A DNA stretch of 64,000 nucleotides from Eledone cirrhosa. Lineage: Eukaryota. A program made the position numbers and the translations under genes. Below the pieces are notes generated by a model that saw only the letters and a list, made by a program, of their open reading frames with translations, searched no databases and was not told the origin of the DNA. Positions within the stretch are counted from its first letter, which is position 1. Each line of letters begins with the position of its first letter. The stretch is from positions 26,784,001 to 26,848,000 of the forward strand of contig OZ024756.1 in NCBI GenBank assembly GCA_964016885.1, written 5' to 3'. This document shows, one piece after another, positions 13,957 to 27,478 of this stretch.

Positions 13957-14016
13957 TTTCATTCTGAGGATTGAAAGCAAAATCTTTTGCTTTTAAGAAA
14001 CCACTGGTAAATGGAA
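13957..14016 (+). ncRNA. Type I hammerhead ribozyme motif
   Basis: UUUCAUU-CUGAGGA-UUGAAAGCAAAA UC UUUUGCUUUUAA-GAAAC-CACUG-GUA-AAUGGAA; all core nucleotides canonical. Confidence 0.82.
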
Positions 14017-14245
14017 TAATTGCCTTATGTTGTTTATTACATAACTATATATATATATATATATATATAGATAATTTAATATATCTACTAACATAAGCGC
14101 ACAGATGTACGCTAATGCCAGCAAATACACAGGTTATGTCATAGTACCTAGGTGGTTCAATGCAGGAGAATGCAGAACAATAATATATAAGACGTAAAAT
14201 AAGAAAATTTCTTTAAAAAAATTAACTTACTTACTTAAATTTTCA

Positions 14246-14325
14246 CTCCAACTAATTAGTTTCTGCAATGGGATAAAGACAGTTACGTAATGAACTGTTG
14301 AGAATTTCATTGCGTCATCAGGGAG
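14246..14325 (-). ncRNA. Type I hammerhead ribozyme motif
   Basis: CUCC-CUGAUGA-C GCAAUG...CAUUGC A-GAAAC-UAAUUA-GUU-GGAG; stem III is the perfect palindrome ACUAAUUAGU. Confidence 0.8.
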
Positions 14326-15427
14326 GTCATTCTCAGCCGAGTCTCCAGGCGATGCGCGGACACTGGGGACTCATATAAAAATAATAATAATTCGGCAACT
14401 GGAACAGCTATCGAGGACTGGATTCCAGAAATTTTCTTATTTTACGTCTTATATATATATATATATATATCTATATATATATCTTTCTCACTTTATTTCT
14501 CTCACTTTCTATCCTTCTCTGGAAGTAATCTGTTGAGTTCAGACCTGGAGAGGGATGGACTCCCCCAGGTTTAGAAATAAAATGCCCTAGAAATACTGTA
14601 TTGAGATACTCTGCCCCTATAACTCCAGTTTTGGCCAGGTTGGTATCAAAAGGGATAACAAGAATATCTTAAGACTGCATTGGATAGTGTAGTATATACC
14701 ATCAGGTCAGCCTGAGTTTATGTATGTTTAGTGTATGTGTCATATTCTAAGACAGGCATGTATATATTGCAGGCGGTGGTGGAGGAGGAGGTGTTATGAT
14801 GATAGTGGAGGTGTTGGTGATAGTGGTGGTGGGGAAGGAGGTGATGTGGTTATGGTGGTGGAAGAGTAGGGGGATGTGATGATAGTGATGGTCATGGTGA
14901 TGGGACTAGTGTTGTGGTGATAGTGGTGGTGGAGAAGGAGGTGATGTGATGATGGTTATGGTGGTGGAGGTGTTGGTGGTGGTGGTGGTGGTGGAAGAGT
15001 AAGGGGGATGTGATGATAGTGATGGTCATGGTGATGGGACTAGTGGTGGTGGAGGAGGTGTTGTGGCAATAGTGGTGGTAGTGGTGGTGCTGCTGGAGGC
15101 TGTGTACATCTCCACTCCGTACCCCACCCCTTCCCCTTGTTCCATACCCCCCCCCACTATCTCCTCTATGTACCACTATATCACTACATCACTATCCCTG
15201 CTCTCCCCCCCCCCCCCCGTTGCTTCTTGCACTTTGATAAATTGACTCATGCTGTAAACATGGGAGGGGTTAATGGGTGGAGTAGTGGTAGGAGGAGAAG
15301 GAAGAGGAGGGACGGAACCTTCTTTTCTGCCCTGCTCAAGACTACAACTACTACTAATACCACTACTACCACTACTACTACTACCACTACTACTACCACC
15401 ACCACTACTATTACCACAGCTACTACT

Positions 15428-15471
<44 letters not shown>

Positions 15472-15724
15472 ATGGACTCCCCCCCCCCCCCAGGTTCAAT
15501 CAGGGCAGAAAAGAAGGTAACCACAGTAAGTAAGGTACTCAATACATAGCAGAGTATAAATTTTGAACATAGAAATGGCTTCTACAGGACTAGAACTGTT
15601 TCCTTTGAATGAAACAGTTCTAGTCCTGTAGAAGCCATGTCTATATTATATATATATGAAATATTTGGGACTGGACAGCTGAGCTCCTGCTTTAAATGGA
15701 TATATAAATCAGGATAGAACCAGT

Positions 15725-15769
<45 letters not shown>

Positions 15770-15937
15770 TTATGAGGTTATACTAATTTTATGTATTGAT
15801 ATATATATATATATATATGCGTATGTATGTAAATTTATTCAAATCTAAAGCCCCAGCATATTTTCATCTCCTTTATAACGCCCTCCCCCATACACATATT
15901 GTATTAGATTGTATATATACTTACATAAATACATATT

Positions 15938-15989
<52 letters not shown>

Positions 15990-16337
15990 CAATTTAACAA
16001 ACAGACACCTCTTTGTTGGAAGCATTCAAGCTATGTTTTCAGTTTGAGGATAGTTTCCTTCCTCCCTCTAACAAGTCTCAGAGCGCCTAAGAATATAAAG
16101 GGCCATGGGTACTCTCATTCTCTTAGACTAAGTGATTTTTAAAAAATCACTTAAAAAACTAGAAAAAAAAAAGCCCAGAGAAACAATATGTTCAAAATAT
16201 TTAATATCTGCTTTCTTTTCTCTCTTTCATTCACAGGGATTATTTTTTTTCTATTAAATCTGCAATCATTGACAAGCTTGTGTTCCTGTTAAAAAAGAGC
16301 TCCTTCCCCTAAAATCCAAACATTCCAAATTGAGAGA

Positions 16338-17252
16338 ATGCTCTACAAAAATGCTTTCCAATCTAACACCTTCCACTTGTTATTTAACTTCAGTGAGAGC
16401 ATCCTCCGTATTTTTCTGTGGAGTTTTAACCAACTTCTTGGACTTTTTATCTTGACCACTCCAGAAATGGACAGTGTATTTACGATCCTTTTAAACATGA
16501 CATTTGTTTTACCTTACATAATACTCCTCTTTGTTACTTTGCCATTGGGTATTGTTGGTTTCTTCATACGATGTGCCTTGCACCAAATCAGAAAACCCTA
16601 TGTGTACAGTTACCTAAAGCCAATGTTCCTAGATGTTAGCAGGGTTCCATGTACAGTGGCTATTGCCACAGCCAATGTCTGTCTCTTGCCCGAGTTTCTT
16701 TCTCGTTACAATAACTTACTGAACGGCGATCGAAGGGCTCGGCTAATTGGTGAGAGAATTGTTTTTGATGAATATTTGGGCCTCAAAGAAACTAATGACA
16801 ATTGGAGTGGCAATGCGAAAGCAACCTGTGATAATCATATGACACATTCTTGGAAAGTTACAGAACCTATCTCGAAAGATAAACTAAGTTCCAACCTTTC
16901 TTCAAATCATAAAGACCTGAATCATACAAACTTGTTAAATGGGAAAGACAAAATAACACAAGGAACAATATTCAACAAAGAAATCCTGTCACATTTTCCC
17001 CAACTTGACATTGTCTGTTTCCAAGAGACGTGGAATCGAGACTTGGCAAAGCAGCTCCTACATAAAATTCATCCTGTTTTCCCTTATATAATTTACGATG
17101 TCGGTGTGATGAATATATCGAGCAACATGTTCCTGCTCAACAGTGGACTTATGATTGCCAGCAAGTATCCTGTTGAAGACGTGGAGTTCAAATGGTTTAA
17201 ACAGTCAACTTTAGCTTGTCGCTTCAGTGGGAAAGGTTTACTTATGGTCAAG
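16338..17252 (+). CDS. Neutral sphingomyelinase (SMPD3/SMPD5-like), coding exon 1
   Basis: N-terminal hydrophobic segments, then ATANVCLLPEFLSRYNNL, LDIVCFQETW and NSGLMIASKYPV...KGLLMVK motifs of the nSMase2/EEP family. Acceptor tcacAG at 16235-36; donor AAG|GTAAGT at 17252/3, phase 0. Confidence 0.93.
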
Positions 17253-17739
17253 GTAAGTCACCATATACAACACACACTCTTGTTAAAACTAAACTTTATT
17301 GTCAGAACTTACAACTTGAAGATGGTCTCTTGGAGCTTTGATGCAGAAAATGAAATGTCAATATCATTTGAAGAGTGTTTTAGTTTTAATACAATGCTTT
17401 TTGTGTGTTGAGTGGAGTGCATCATAGCTGAAGTAATAAATTATATTTTGCTGGTTTAGCTTCATTCAGCTGTGAATAACTCGAGGAGGTGATCTCTTGA
17501 GCAACCTAACCATGACATTGAAAATCTGGAGATGTCTTGTGTGTATGTGACTCTAGGTACTTGTGAATGTACTTGCTGTCTGCTTCTAAGCATTTGTCAC
17601 TTGGTGAATCAAGTCCATTTCCATAGATACCAAGGTTAAAAAAGGAATTTATGAGGGAGATTTGGTCACCTGACCTGTCTGGCCTCAGAATGTGACAACA
17701 GTGACAACAGTGTATGTATGTCTTTGTGTGTGTCAACTA

Positions 17740-17931
17740 TCTATATAATACTAAAACTCTGTGATTGCTTGCTTACTTGTCTGTGATGTAATACAGCCTA
17801 AAGGGTGCATAATGGGGAAATACTTTGATAGGAAGTTGATCCTGAAATGGGGATACAAATGGAATAAAACAAATTTCACGTAGATTGGAGCACGGGTTCC
17901 CGAGATATGGGGTTTTTCCGGGTACCTTCAT

Positions 17932-17962
<31 letters not shown>

Positions 17963-18642
17963 TAGGGGTTGTGAGAGAGTAGATTGAAAGAGAGACATAT
18001 AGAGAGAGGGAGGGGAGACAGAGAAGGAGAATGGAAGAGAGAGAGAGAGATATATATAGTGAAAAATTGAACGGGAACAAAACAGAGGCAGTACGAAGAA
18101 AGGTTTATTAGTTTCACGCACATGAGAGGGTGGTGGTGGTAGGGAACGACGTTTCGGGCATAAGCCCTTCTTCAGGCGAAAAGTGTGTGGGAAGAGAGTT
18201 CCAAGGGTGTGTAGGGGAGTGGTGGAGAGACATATAGAAAAAAGGTGGTGAGAGGAAACGGTACAAATGAAATTAAATATAAAAGCATAATAAAAATAAA
18301 AATAAACATGAAGTAAAACAAGTGGTGGAAGGGTGTGGGGCGGGTGGAGTGGGGAGAGGGAGGCGGGGTGTCCGAGCGGGGAGGGCTGAAGGTGGTGTGT
18401 GTGTGTGTAGGTGTACATGTGTGTGTGTGTGTATGTGAAAGTGAGAGTTGGGGGAAGAACGGGGTTGCGTGTTCAGGAAAAGGTGTAGTGTGGGGTGGGG
18501 TGTAGGTCGGTGTGTGCGTGTGTGGATGGGGAGGGGTCAGAGGGGTGGGGGGAGAGGATTCCGGAGGCTGAGTGTGTAAATATGGGGTGGTACGCACGTG
18601 TGTGTGGTGTTCATACGTGTTGTGGATGTAGGTGGGGTGTGG

Positions 18643-18678
<36 letters not shown>

Positions 18679-19344
18679 ATTAAAATACTGGAGCGTGTTG
18701 GAGTTAAACACCCTCTTCGTATTATAGAAATGACAGTAAAAGGTATAGCTCAATGTAATTAAACAGAGCCGAAGAATTATGAAAATATATTAACAGAGAA
18801 GACCCGCCTTACCTAAATATATAGTAAAACCTACTCCAGCCAGTAGGCATCACTAACAAAATACACCCCGTCCCACCACCACCACCCCCACCCCATCCAC
18901 ACCACCCCGTTCTATGTAAAGTTATGTTGGTGCCGTGCCATCCAGGCCGAAACAAATGAGATCGTGTAGGTGTCACGACAAAAAAACACACAGCCCACGC
19001 TGTAATGTGGCCGTGTAGGCAACACGGTAAAAACCTCCCAGCCCCACACTGTAAATGTGGTTGGTGTTAGGAAGGGCATCCAACTGTAGAAAACCTGCCA
19101 GACAGTCCTATGCGAGCAAGACAATCACTCTTGCCTCAAGTGGGACTACCCCCGTCCAAACCCATGCAAGCATGGAACACGGACGTTAAACGTTGATGAT
19201 GATGATGATGATGATATACATACACACACGTATATAAATGTGCCTTTCAGTTTCATTTCACATTATATACATGTCTGTGTATATTCTAATTATTTAAAAA
19301 TTATTTTTAAGTGAACATTACCCAACAGGTGAAGGTTGGTCTAG
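17740..19344 (+). mobile_element. Helitron-like element with nested Penelope-like and RTE inserts
   Basis: A|TCTATATAATACTAAAA 5' end and CTAG|T 3' end; both ends match 828-1425. Confidence 0.7.
18147..18178 (-). ncRNA. Minimal Penelope-type hammerhead-like motif
   Basis: CUGAAGA-A-GGGC UUAU GCCC-GAAAC-GUC; stem I poorly paired. Confidence 0.55.
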
Positions 19345-19369
19345 TTGTTAACAATATTCTCTATTGCAG

Positions 19370-19445
19370 ATAGTATTAGGAGAAGATGGAAGTGGTAAGA
19401 GGGCTGTCGGCTATGTATATAACACACACCTCCAAGCCTATGAAG
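19370..19445 (+). CDS. nSMase exon 2 (IVLGEDGSGKRAVGYVYNTHLQAYE)
   Basis: ttgcAG acceptor, GTTAGT donor, conserved NTHLQA motif, phase 0 to 1. Confidence 0.92.
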
Positions 19446-19692
19446 GTTAGTTGATGCTGTTGTTGTTGTTGCTGTTGTTATTGTTGTTGCTATTATAAAG
19501 GGCGGTGGATTGCCAGTATCGGTAGAGGGTCGGACGCCATGCTTTGCAGCAAAGAGTTACGGCCCTTTACGGTCTGAGTTCAAATCCCGCCGAGGTTGAC
19601 TTTGCCTTTCATCCTTACGGGGGTCGATAAAATAAAGTACCGGTAATGCACTGGGGGTAATTGCTGGCCTTGTGCCAAAAGTAGAAACAGTT

Positions 19693-20247
<555 letters not shown>

Positions 20248-20718
20248 TATTCCCTGACCAGATCTCATTCAGCAGATAATGGAATGAAAAGTGATTTTCC
20301 TGACATAGGTATTAGTGTCTAGCTAAGGCAAGGGTCCACAAGGTTGTGAATGTTGACCCCCACCCTACCCACTCCCAAGTGTTGGTGGGCCTACCCGGAG
20401 GTTCATTGAACTTTTCGACTAAAACCTGACACATTTGTATAAGAAATAAGAATACATAACACAATATAATACAACTTGCTTATACAGGTTTCTGATTTAT
20501 ATATAATTAGTTGATATTCTCCCCCTCTCTCCTCATATATATATATCAATGTGTATATATATATATAAACGTTTGTATTTGTAAAGCCAAAACAATGCAG
20601 GTATGGACATAGAATATAAATGCAAATGCAAAAGATATTGTTGACAATTAGTCTTTTACCTTAAATTTATTTAAATGTCTTTAATTTTCGAGATAATATC
20701 TCTTCTTTGGGGGGAAGT

Positions 20719-21600
20719 CATCATCATCATCATCAGGTTTAGCGTCCGTGTTCCACGCTTGCATGGGTTTGGACGGGGGTTTTCCCCACTTGAGGCAAGA
20801 GTGGTTGTCTTGCTCGCATAGGACTGTCTGGCGGGTTTTCTACAGTTGGATGCCCTTCCTAACACCAACCACATTTACAGTGTGGGCCTGGGAGGTTTTT
20901 ACTGTGTTGCCTACACGGCTACATTACAGCGTGGACTGTCTGGCGGGTTTTCTACAGCTGGATGCCCTTCCTAACACCAACCACATTTACAGTGTGGGGC
21001 TGGGAGGTTTTTACCGTGTTGCCTACACGGCCACATTTACAGCGTGGACTGTGTGTTTTTTTGTCGTGACACCTACACGATCTCATTTGTTTCGGCCTGG
21101 ATGTTGTGGGACCAACATAACTTTACATTGAAAGGGGCGGTGTGGATGGGGTGGAGGTGGTGGGACGGGGGTGTGTTTTGATAGAGATGCCTACTGACTG
21201 TAGCAGGTTTTTACTTTGTATTTAGGTAAGGCGGGTCTTCTCTATTACTGAGTACCGCCAAAGGTCTCGGTCCAGTGACATTGTCTTGGAGAGGTGTAAG
21301 CGTGTGAGGTCGGAATTTATCAGCTCGTCCCATGTTTTTCTGGGTCTGCCTACTCCGTGGCTACCGTCTATCTTTATTGCCCTGCACTTTGTTATACAGC
21401 TGTCGTCTTTCATGCGCATCACGTGACCGTACCAACGTAGCCTTCTCTCGAGTAAACAACATCTGATCCCTCTTATTTCTAATTTTTTCCTTAGTTCGTT
21501 TATGCTTTGCCGTTCACGTATATTACTATTGCACATCCAGCGGACCATGCAAGCTTCGTTCCTCTCTAGTTTGTGTATATCCTTTGCACACAATGCCCAG
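20719..21600 (-). mobile_element. 5'-truncated RTE-clade LINE
   Basis: TWAL...LERNE..MVRWMC...RRLRWYGHVMR...GRPRKTW C-terminus, 3'UTR and (GAT)n tail. Related 3' ends at 11690-12190, 18790-19215, 23860-24220, 27770-28000, 31425-31920, 56420-56665 and 59435-59980. Confidence 0.9.
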
Positions 21601-21681
21601 GTAAAGCGGTTAAACCAGTGTTCTAAATAGCTTGCCAAGTCATGCAAGCTAATTAGGACACTGGTTTAACCGCTTTACTTC

Positions 21682-21716
21682 CCTCCGAAGAAGAGATATT
21701 ATCTCGAAAATTAAGG
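21682..21716 (+). ncRNA. Minimal hammerhead-like motif, CCGAAGA variant
   Basis: CCU-CCGAAGA-A GAGAU AUU AUCUC-GAAA-AU-UA-AGG. Confidence 0.5.
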
Positions 21717-21924
21717 ACATTTAAATAAATTTAAGGTAAAAGACTAATTGTCAATAATATCTTTTGCATTTGCATTTATATTCTATGTCCATACCTGCAT
21801 TGTTTTGGCTTTACAAATACAAACGTTTATACCTCATTACACAATGCTTCAAGTGAACTATAACTTCCTCCATATATATATATATTTAGTTGAAAATGGC
21901 AAACTTGACTGTCACCACATATCA

Positions 21925-21963
21925 TGAACCTGAAGATTGCGAAAGCATGAAAGTACTTGTTCA
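21925..21963 (+). ncRNA. Minimal type I hammerhead ribozyme motif
   Basis: UGAAC-CUGAAGA-U UGC GAAA GCA U-GAAA-GUAC-UU-GUUCA; GNRA-capped stem II; palindromic AGUACU stem III. Confidence 0.82.
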
Positions 21964-23054
21964 ATTAACACTTAGAATTTAATATTCTATCATACTATTT
22001 CATTATAATACCATATTATATTATATATATTTTAAAGGATTGTAAATAAAACGAGTAAATCAGACAAAGTTGGAATTCCTCTTATTAATATAATCTTCTA
22101 TACACAATCATACACACCCGTGTATATTTACCTATCTATATCTATATATATATATATTTATATATAGCTATATATATGTAGAAGTAGTTCCACAACAGTT
22201 AATACACCATTTCCGAGAACAATTTGTTTCACCTCAAACTGAGTGCTCTCCTACTGCAGATATAATGCAGCAGTGTTCTACCACTATATATGTAGTGTGT
22301 TGAAACAAGATTTGTTATACTTTGGGAGGGTCATGCTGCCAATAAAAACACACACACCTGTTGGTTTTCACTTCAATTTATTATAATTTTCCGGTTGGTT
22401 GTTTATTTATTGTCAAAGCTCTTTTGTCACACATTCTATGACCTCAGCGACAAATTTGTTATTTTGTGTCTCTCCTTTGTTCTGTCCTACTGGTGTTCAG
22501 CCAAATAAATAATAATAATAGTAATAATTTCTTTATTGGCCACAAAGGCCTAATAATAATGATAATAATATTATTGGGTTGATTGATATTGCTTGGCTCT
22601 AGTTTTAATTAATTTTCACAGTTTTAATCAGTTTTAAAAAAAAGCTGTATGTGTATAAGAGAGAGAGAGTGAGAGAAAGAGAGGGAGGGAAAGAATAAAA
22701 GAGAAAGAGAATCAGAGCTCAATTGTGTTTACTTTGGCAGCATTAAAAACTCTTTAATTGTTACAGCCTCCCCCACCTCCTTGGCCTGACTGCCAAACCA
22801 CTTCAGTTTCTGAACAGAATTTATAGTCAGAATTCTGAAAGATGTTTTTATTATAAAATAAATTGGGATGGATGGGTGAAGGGGCCTTTATTTGTTATTT
22901 ATCATTTCTGTGTTTGGAGATTTTTTGGCAGTTATTATTATTATTATAGGTGGTCTATTGGCAGTATCTTTACCTTTCGTGTTTCATCAGGGTCAATAAA
23001 ATAAAGTACTAGTAAACTTTCACTTCCTCACAAACTGCTAACCTTGGGTCTAAA

Positions 23055-23524
23055 TCTAAACTATAATAAAGGAAGGTCTGCGGGACTGCGTATGGTTTAT
23101 AATTTTTTATCCCATTAGTAAAATAAGTTGGATTACTTCGAATAAATAATGAATGAATATTACATAATTTATTTACTAAATTTTGTGGCTGTTGATTAAA
23201 TATATTTTGTTTATTTAAAGATTCACTTCTTTAAAACTTCCGGTTGGCCATCGCTTAAATAAACATACTAATTTTCTGTCACTAATTTTCTCCTAATGCA
23301 GTTTATATATAATATTGTCTTTTTTAATGTATCATGGATTACGTTACTGATTACATAAGACAGTGTAACTCAGTCTTCGTTCAATTTCTATGTATTATAT
23401 ATTGTCAATTACGATTTTATTTGATGTATCATATCTACATGTATATATACCCGCGTATAATATACACACTATACACACTACACATGCTAGCTGAAAACCA
23501 CCCGAAGGGTGGTTTTTCTGCTAG
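23055..23524 (+). mobile_element. Second Helitron-like family
   Basis: A|TC start; 3' hairpin AAAACCACCC-gaa-GGGTGGTTTT followed by CTAG|T. Confidence 0.55.
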
Positions 23525-23639
23525 TTAGAAATAATTGTTTCTGGTTTAGACATGTCTACCAATACTGCCAATCTTTGTAGCTTTTTATAATAAAATCAAA
23601 TGAATTTGAAATTTTATATATTTTGTATATCTTCCATAG

Positions 23640-23780
23640 GTGAAGAGAAAATTATAGACAAACAACTGAATGATATTGTAGATTGGACAACAACGTTTAA
23701 GAAGGAAACCCTTCGACAAAATGATGATGTCAAATTTGACTTCGTCTGTGGAGATTTTAATTTTGATAATCTATCACCTG
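23640..23780 (+). CDS. nSMase exon 3 (...FDFVCGDFNFDNLSPG)
   Basis: ccatAG acceptor, GTGAGT donor, catalytic GDFN motif, phase 1 to 1. Confidence 0.93.
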
Positions 23781-25003
23781 GTGAGTTTTGTTGTAGTTGT
23801 TGTTGTTGTTATTGTTTGTTGTTGATGATTTTGGTTTAGCGTGTCAGTACCCCCCTCCCATAAGACCCCCACCCCCACCCCCCACGGGTACAAGCCGAAG
23901 CTGAAGCATATAGACAATATGCTCCCACACCCTCCCACTGCAAAGTGGTCGTGGAGGTGGCACGGCAAAAAAGCACCCAGCCCACACTGTAAAGTGGACG
24001 TGAAGGCGCCACGGAAAAAAAAAAAAAAAGCAGCCAGCACTCACTGTAAATGAGGTTGGTTTAAGGAAGGGCATCCAGCTGTAGAAATCAAGCCAGAATC
24101 AGTTCCCGTATGAGCAAGACAAGGTCAGCCGACCGGACACTGCCCGCAACAGGACGTCTAACCCATGCTAGTGTGGAAGAACGGACGTAAAACGGTGATG
24201 ATGAGGATGATGATGATGATAGTACAGAGCTATTTAATTATGTAATAAACAACGCAATATAATTATTCCATTACTCAAGGTTTCAGGAAGTTAGACATTT
24301 CTATTAGAATTGTCTTTGTGAAACCTTGGCTAATGGAATAATTATATTGTGTTGTTAATTATGTATATATATATACATATATATACATATATATATATAC
24401 ACATATATATATATATATACAAATTCTATCACCGAAATATATATAACAACGAATATGAATAAACTACGATAATTTTAACCTGTTGACTTACACTCCTTGT
24501 TTTTAAATTACTCCGGAGTAAACAGACCCACCTGTGCACTTCGTTGAGTGCTCTACCAGGTATACTGAAGTGTCAGTAATTAACCAACACATACTCAAAT
24601 TAATATATGTGTATATATATATATATGTAAAAGGTAAACAGAAATAACAAAAATAACAAAACTAACGGTACAGTACATGGAAGAGATATATTAGTTTAAC
24701 GCTTGAAATAGTAGGAAGAGAGTCTTAATATTATACACACATATATATATATACACACATACATCTCAGTAGCCTCACTTCAGTACTGACTCAGCCTGTG
24801 AAGATCCGGCCAAACATTTTGCTAGCAGGGATAACAGACGTTAAATGATGATGATGTGTAAAACTTTTGCAGATGTTCATTGGTGAAATACAAAAAAAAT
24901 CAATAGCCCAAACCAAGTATGATCAAGACATGGTCACCAGTCTGATGTCAGTATGTATTTGATAACCCATCTAACCCATGCAAACATGGAAAACAGACAT
25001 TAA

Positions 25004-25224
25004 CCCTTTGGCATTAACATTACTCTATATTTACTCTTGTATTTTCACAGTAAAAGCTTTACCTCATATAATTATCTCACATAATATGGAATCTACGAGA
25101 TTTTGATATTATTTATTTTGAGAACAATACCTTAAAATACGTACAAGCAGACAGTTTCGGCCGGTTGGAACAGAAAGAGGGGAGAGAATTCTGGCCGGAT
25201 ACGGCTGGTTTAAATGCTAAAGGG
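25004..25224 (+). mobile_element. piggyBac-like MITE inserted in an RTE tail
   Basis: TTAA|CCCTTT...AAAGGG|TTAA, splitting the RTE-tail sequence ggaaaacagacaTTAAacagtgatg. Confidence 0.85.
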
Positions 25225-25400
25225 TTAAACAGTGATGATAATGATGATGAGAAGGAGACAGAGAGAGACAGGGAGACAATGAGAGAATGAGAGAAACAGT
25301 GAGAGAATGAGAGAAACACAGAGAGAAAGAGAGAGAGAGAGAGATAATACATGTATTTTAGTTATAATTTGGAAAAAAAAAAAATTTCTTTTGCATACAG

Positions 25401-25490
25401 GTGAAGCCCACCTGCAAAACCACCCAATATACAATATCTACGAAGATCCTGGCCGGGTACGGGGTGGTGTTGACTACCCCTGGATTGTTG
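25401..25490 (+). CDS. nSMase exon 4 (EAHLQNHPIYNIYEDPGRVRGGVDYPWIVG)
   Basis: tacAG acceptor, GTAAGT donor, 90 nt, DP..G...PW..G pattern typical of nSMase2. Confidence 0.9.
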
Positions 25491-25572
25491 GTAAGTACTT
25501 AAGTATTTACTAGAATCACATTTTATGTGAATTTTGGTGTGGGCCTTATATATATATGCATATATATATATA

Positions 25573-25621
<49 letters not shown>

Positions 25622-25813
25622 GCATATATGTATGGCCGACACAGCTTGACACCAGTGATGTCACAGCTCATTTCTTCAGCTGAGAGAACTGGAGTAATGT
25701 GAAATAAAATGCCTTGCTCAAGAACACAACGCAAAGCCCAGTCTGAGAATTGAGCTCACAACCTCACGATTGTAAGCCCGATGCTCTAACCACTGCATAT
25801 ATATATATATATA

Positions 25814-26125
25814 TGGAGGCACATGGCTTAGTGGTTAGAGCATTGGCCTTGCAATCGAAAGGTTGTGAGTTCAATTCTCAGACCGGGTGATGTGTTGTTT
25901 CCTTGAGCAAGACACTTTATTTCACATTGCTCCAGTTTACTCAGCTGTAGAAATGAGATGATAGGGACTGGGGTCCATATCATTCCACTGCAAAGTGGTC
26001 GTGGAGGTGCCATGGCAAAAAAGCACCCAGCACTCACTGTAAATGAGGTTGGTGTTAGGAAGGGCATCCAGCTGTAGAAATCAAGCCAGAATCAGTTCCC
26101 GTCCCACCCTTGCAAGCAGGGAAAA
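25814..26125 (+). mobile_element. tRNA-derived SINE, family B, with RTE-derived 3' tail
   Basis: GGAGGCACATGGCTTAGTGGTTAGAG...GTGAGTTCAATT head, TCCTTGAGCAAGACACTT central domain, AGGAAGGGCATCCAGC...(GAT)n tail. Copies at 25660-25795, 32455-32730, 38598-38860, 39650-39775, 43250-43700 and 44513-44850. Confidence 0.85.
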
Positions 26126-26183
26126 AGCGGACGTAAAATGAAATGACGAAAAATGAAATGATATATGTGTATATATATGTGTG

Positions 26184-26217
<34 letters not shown>

Positions 26218-26372
26218 CGGGCCAAAACTTTATGCCGTGAAGCATGTCTACCGATACTACCAATCCACCATCTTTGTAGTTTTTCATAATAAAATCAAAT
26301 AAATTTGAAATTTTATATATTTTGTATATCTTCCATTAGGTTCATAATTGTAAGCCTGACGTTCTAACCACT

Positions 26373-26405
<33 letters not shown>

Positions 26406-27022
26406 CATACATACTCTTCTTTCCCTGTGAAGCATGACAGATAAACATTTCAGTAAGCTACTGTCAATCTCACACTCACTCTCTCATACACTATCTCTCT
26501 CACTCAATCACTCTCTCACTCACTCATTCACTCTCTCTCTCTTCTTCTGCTTTGCCAGCTTTCTACTTCCCCACTATCTCCTTATTTTAACAACAAATAA
26601 TATTACACAATGATTTCCTTTATTTGCTACAAGAGGGCAGATAAAAGAAATCATTGTATATAGTATGAAAGTAGACGGCTGGAAAATAGGAAAAGACAGT
26701 GAGTGAGTCAGTGATAGTGGGAGAAGTAAAGTGATATATGAGTGATTGGCTGAAATAATTTTACAATGTTAATTATGTATATGGATATGGATATAAAAAG
26801 CCTCAAATACATAGCACACAATAATCTCTTGCTTAAAACATTCCCCTCTTAATATGGTGGAGGTACGTGGCCTAGTGGTAAGGGTGTTGGACTTACGATC
26901 ATAATGTTGTAAAGAAAAAAATGTAGTTATTAATAAGAAGAGTTGAAATTAAAGCATGCAAGACCTCACAGCTCTAGCATCACTCCTTCATTGTCAGCCT
27001 ATAGACTTTTCAGCCCACCCTC

Positions 27023-27154
<132 letters not shown>

Positions 27155-27478
27155 GAGGATCGGCTGAAAAGTTCATAGGCTGACCAAGATACTCTCATGG
27201 ATTGACCAAATGAGGTTTATTTTCAACATAGTCCCTGGTAAGAAACAATTTTTAAGAAGAATATTAATAAGAAGAGTTGAAATGAATGCATGCAAGATTT
27301 CACAGCTCTAGCATCACTCCTTCACAGCCAACCATCATTTATAAACTAAAAGTACACAGGTAATATATAATGTTTTACATTGTTTAGTTTCCTCCAGCTA
27401 TTTTCTAGGTCCTCCCACATTTATCTCAAAATTAAAATTCTTTTTTCTCATTTTCTTGCTCTTGTGGTATTGTTTCAG

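Noticed and set aside
17253-17411. C-terminal part of the 357-aa ORF
   Set aside because: Read-through into the intron after the GTAAGT donor; homology resumes at exon 2.
25814-25890. tRNA gene
   Set aside because: It is the tRNA-derived head of a multi-copy SINE, continuing into the SINE body and lacking a proper acceptor stem.
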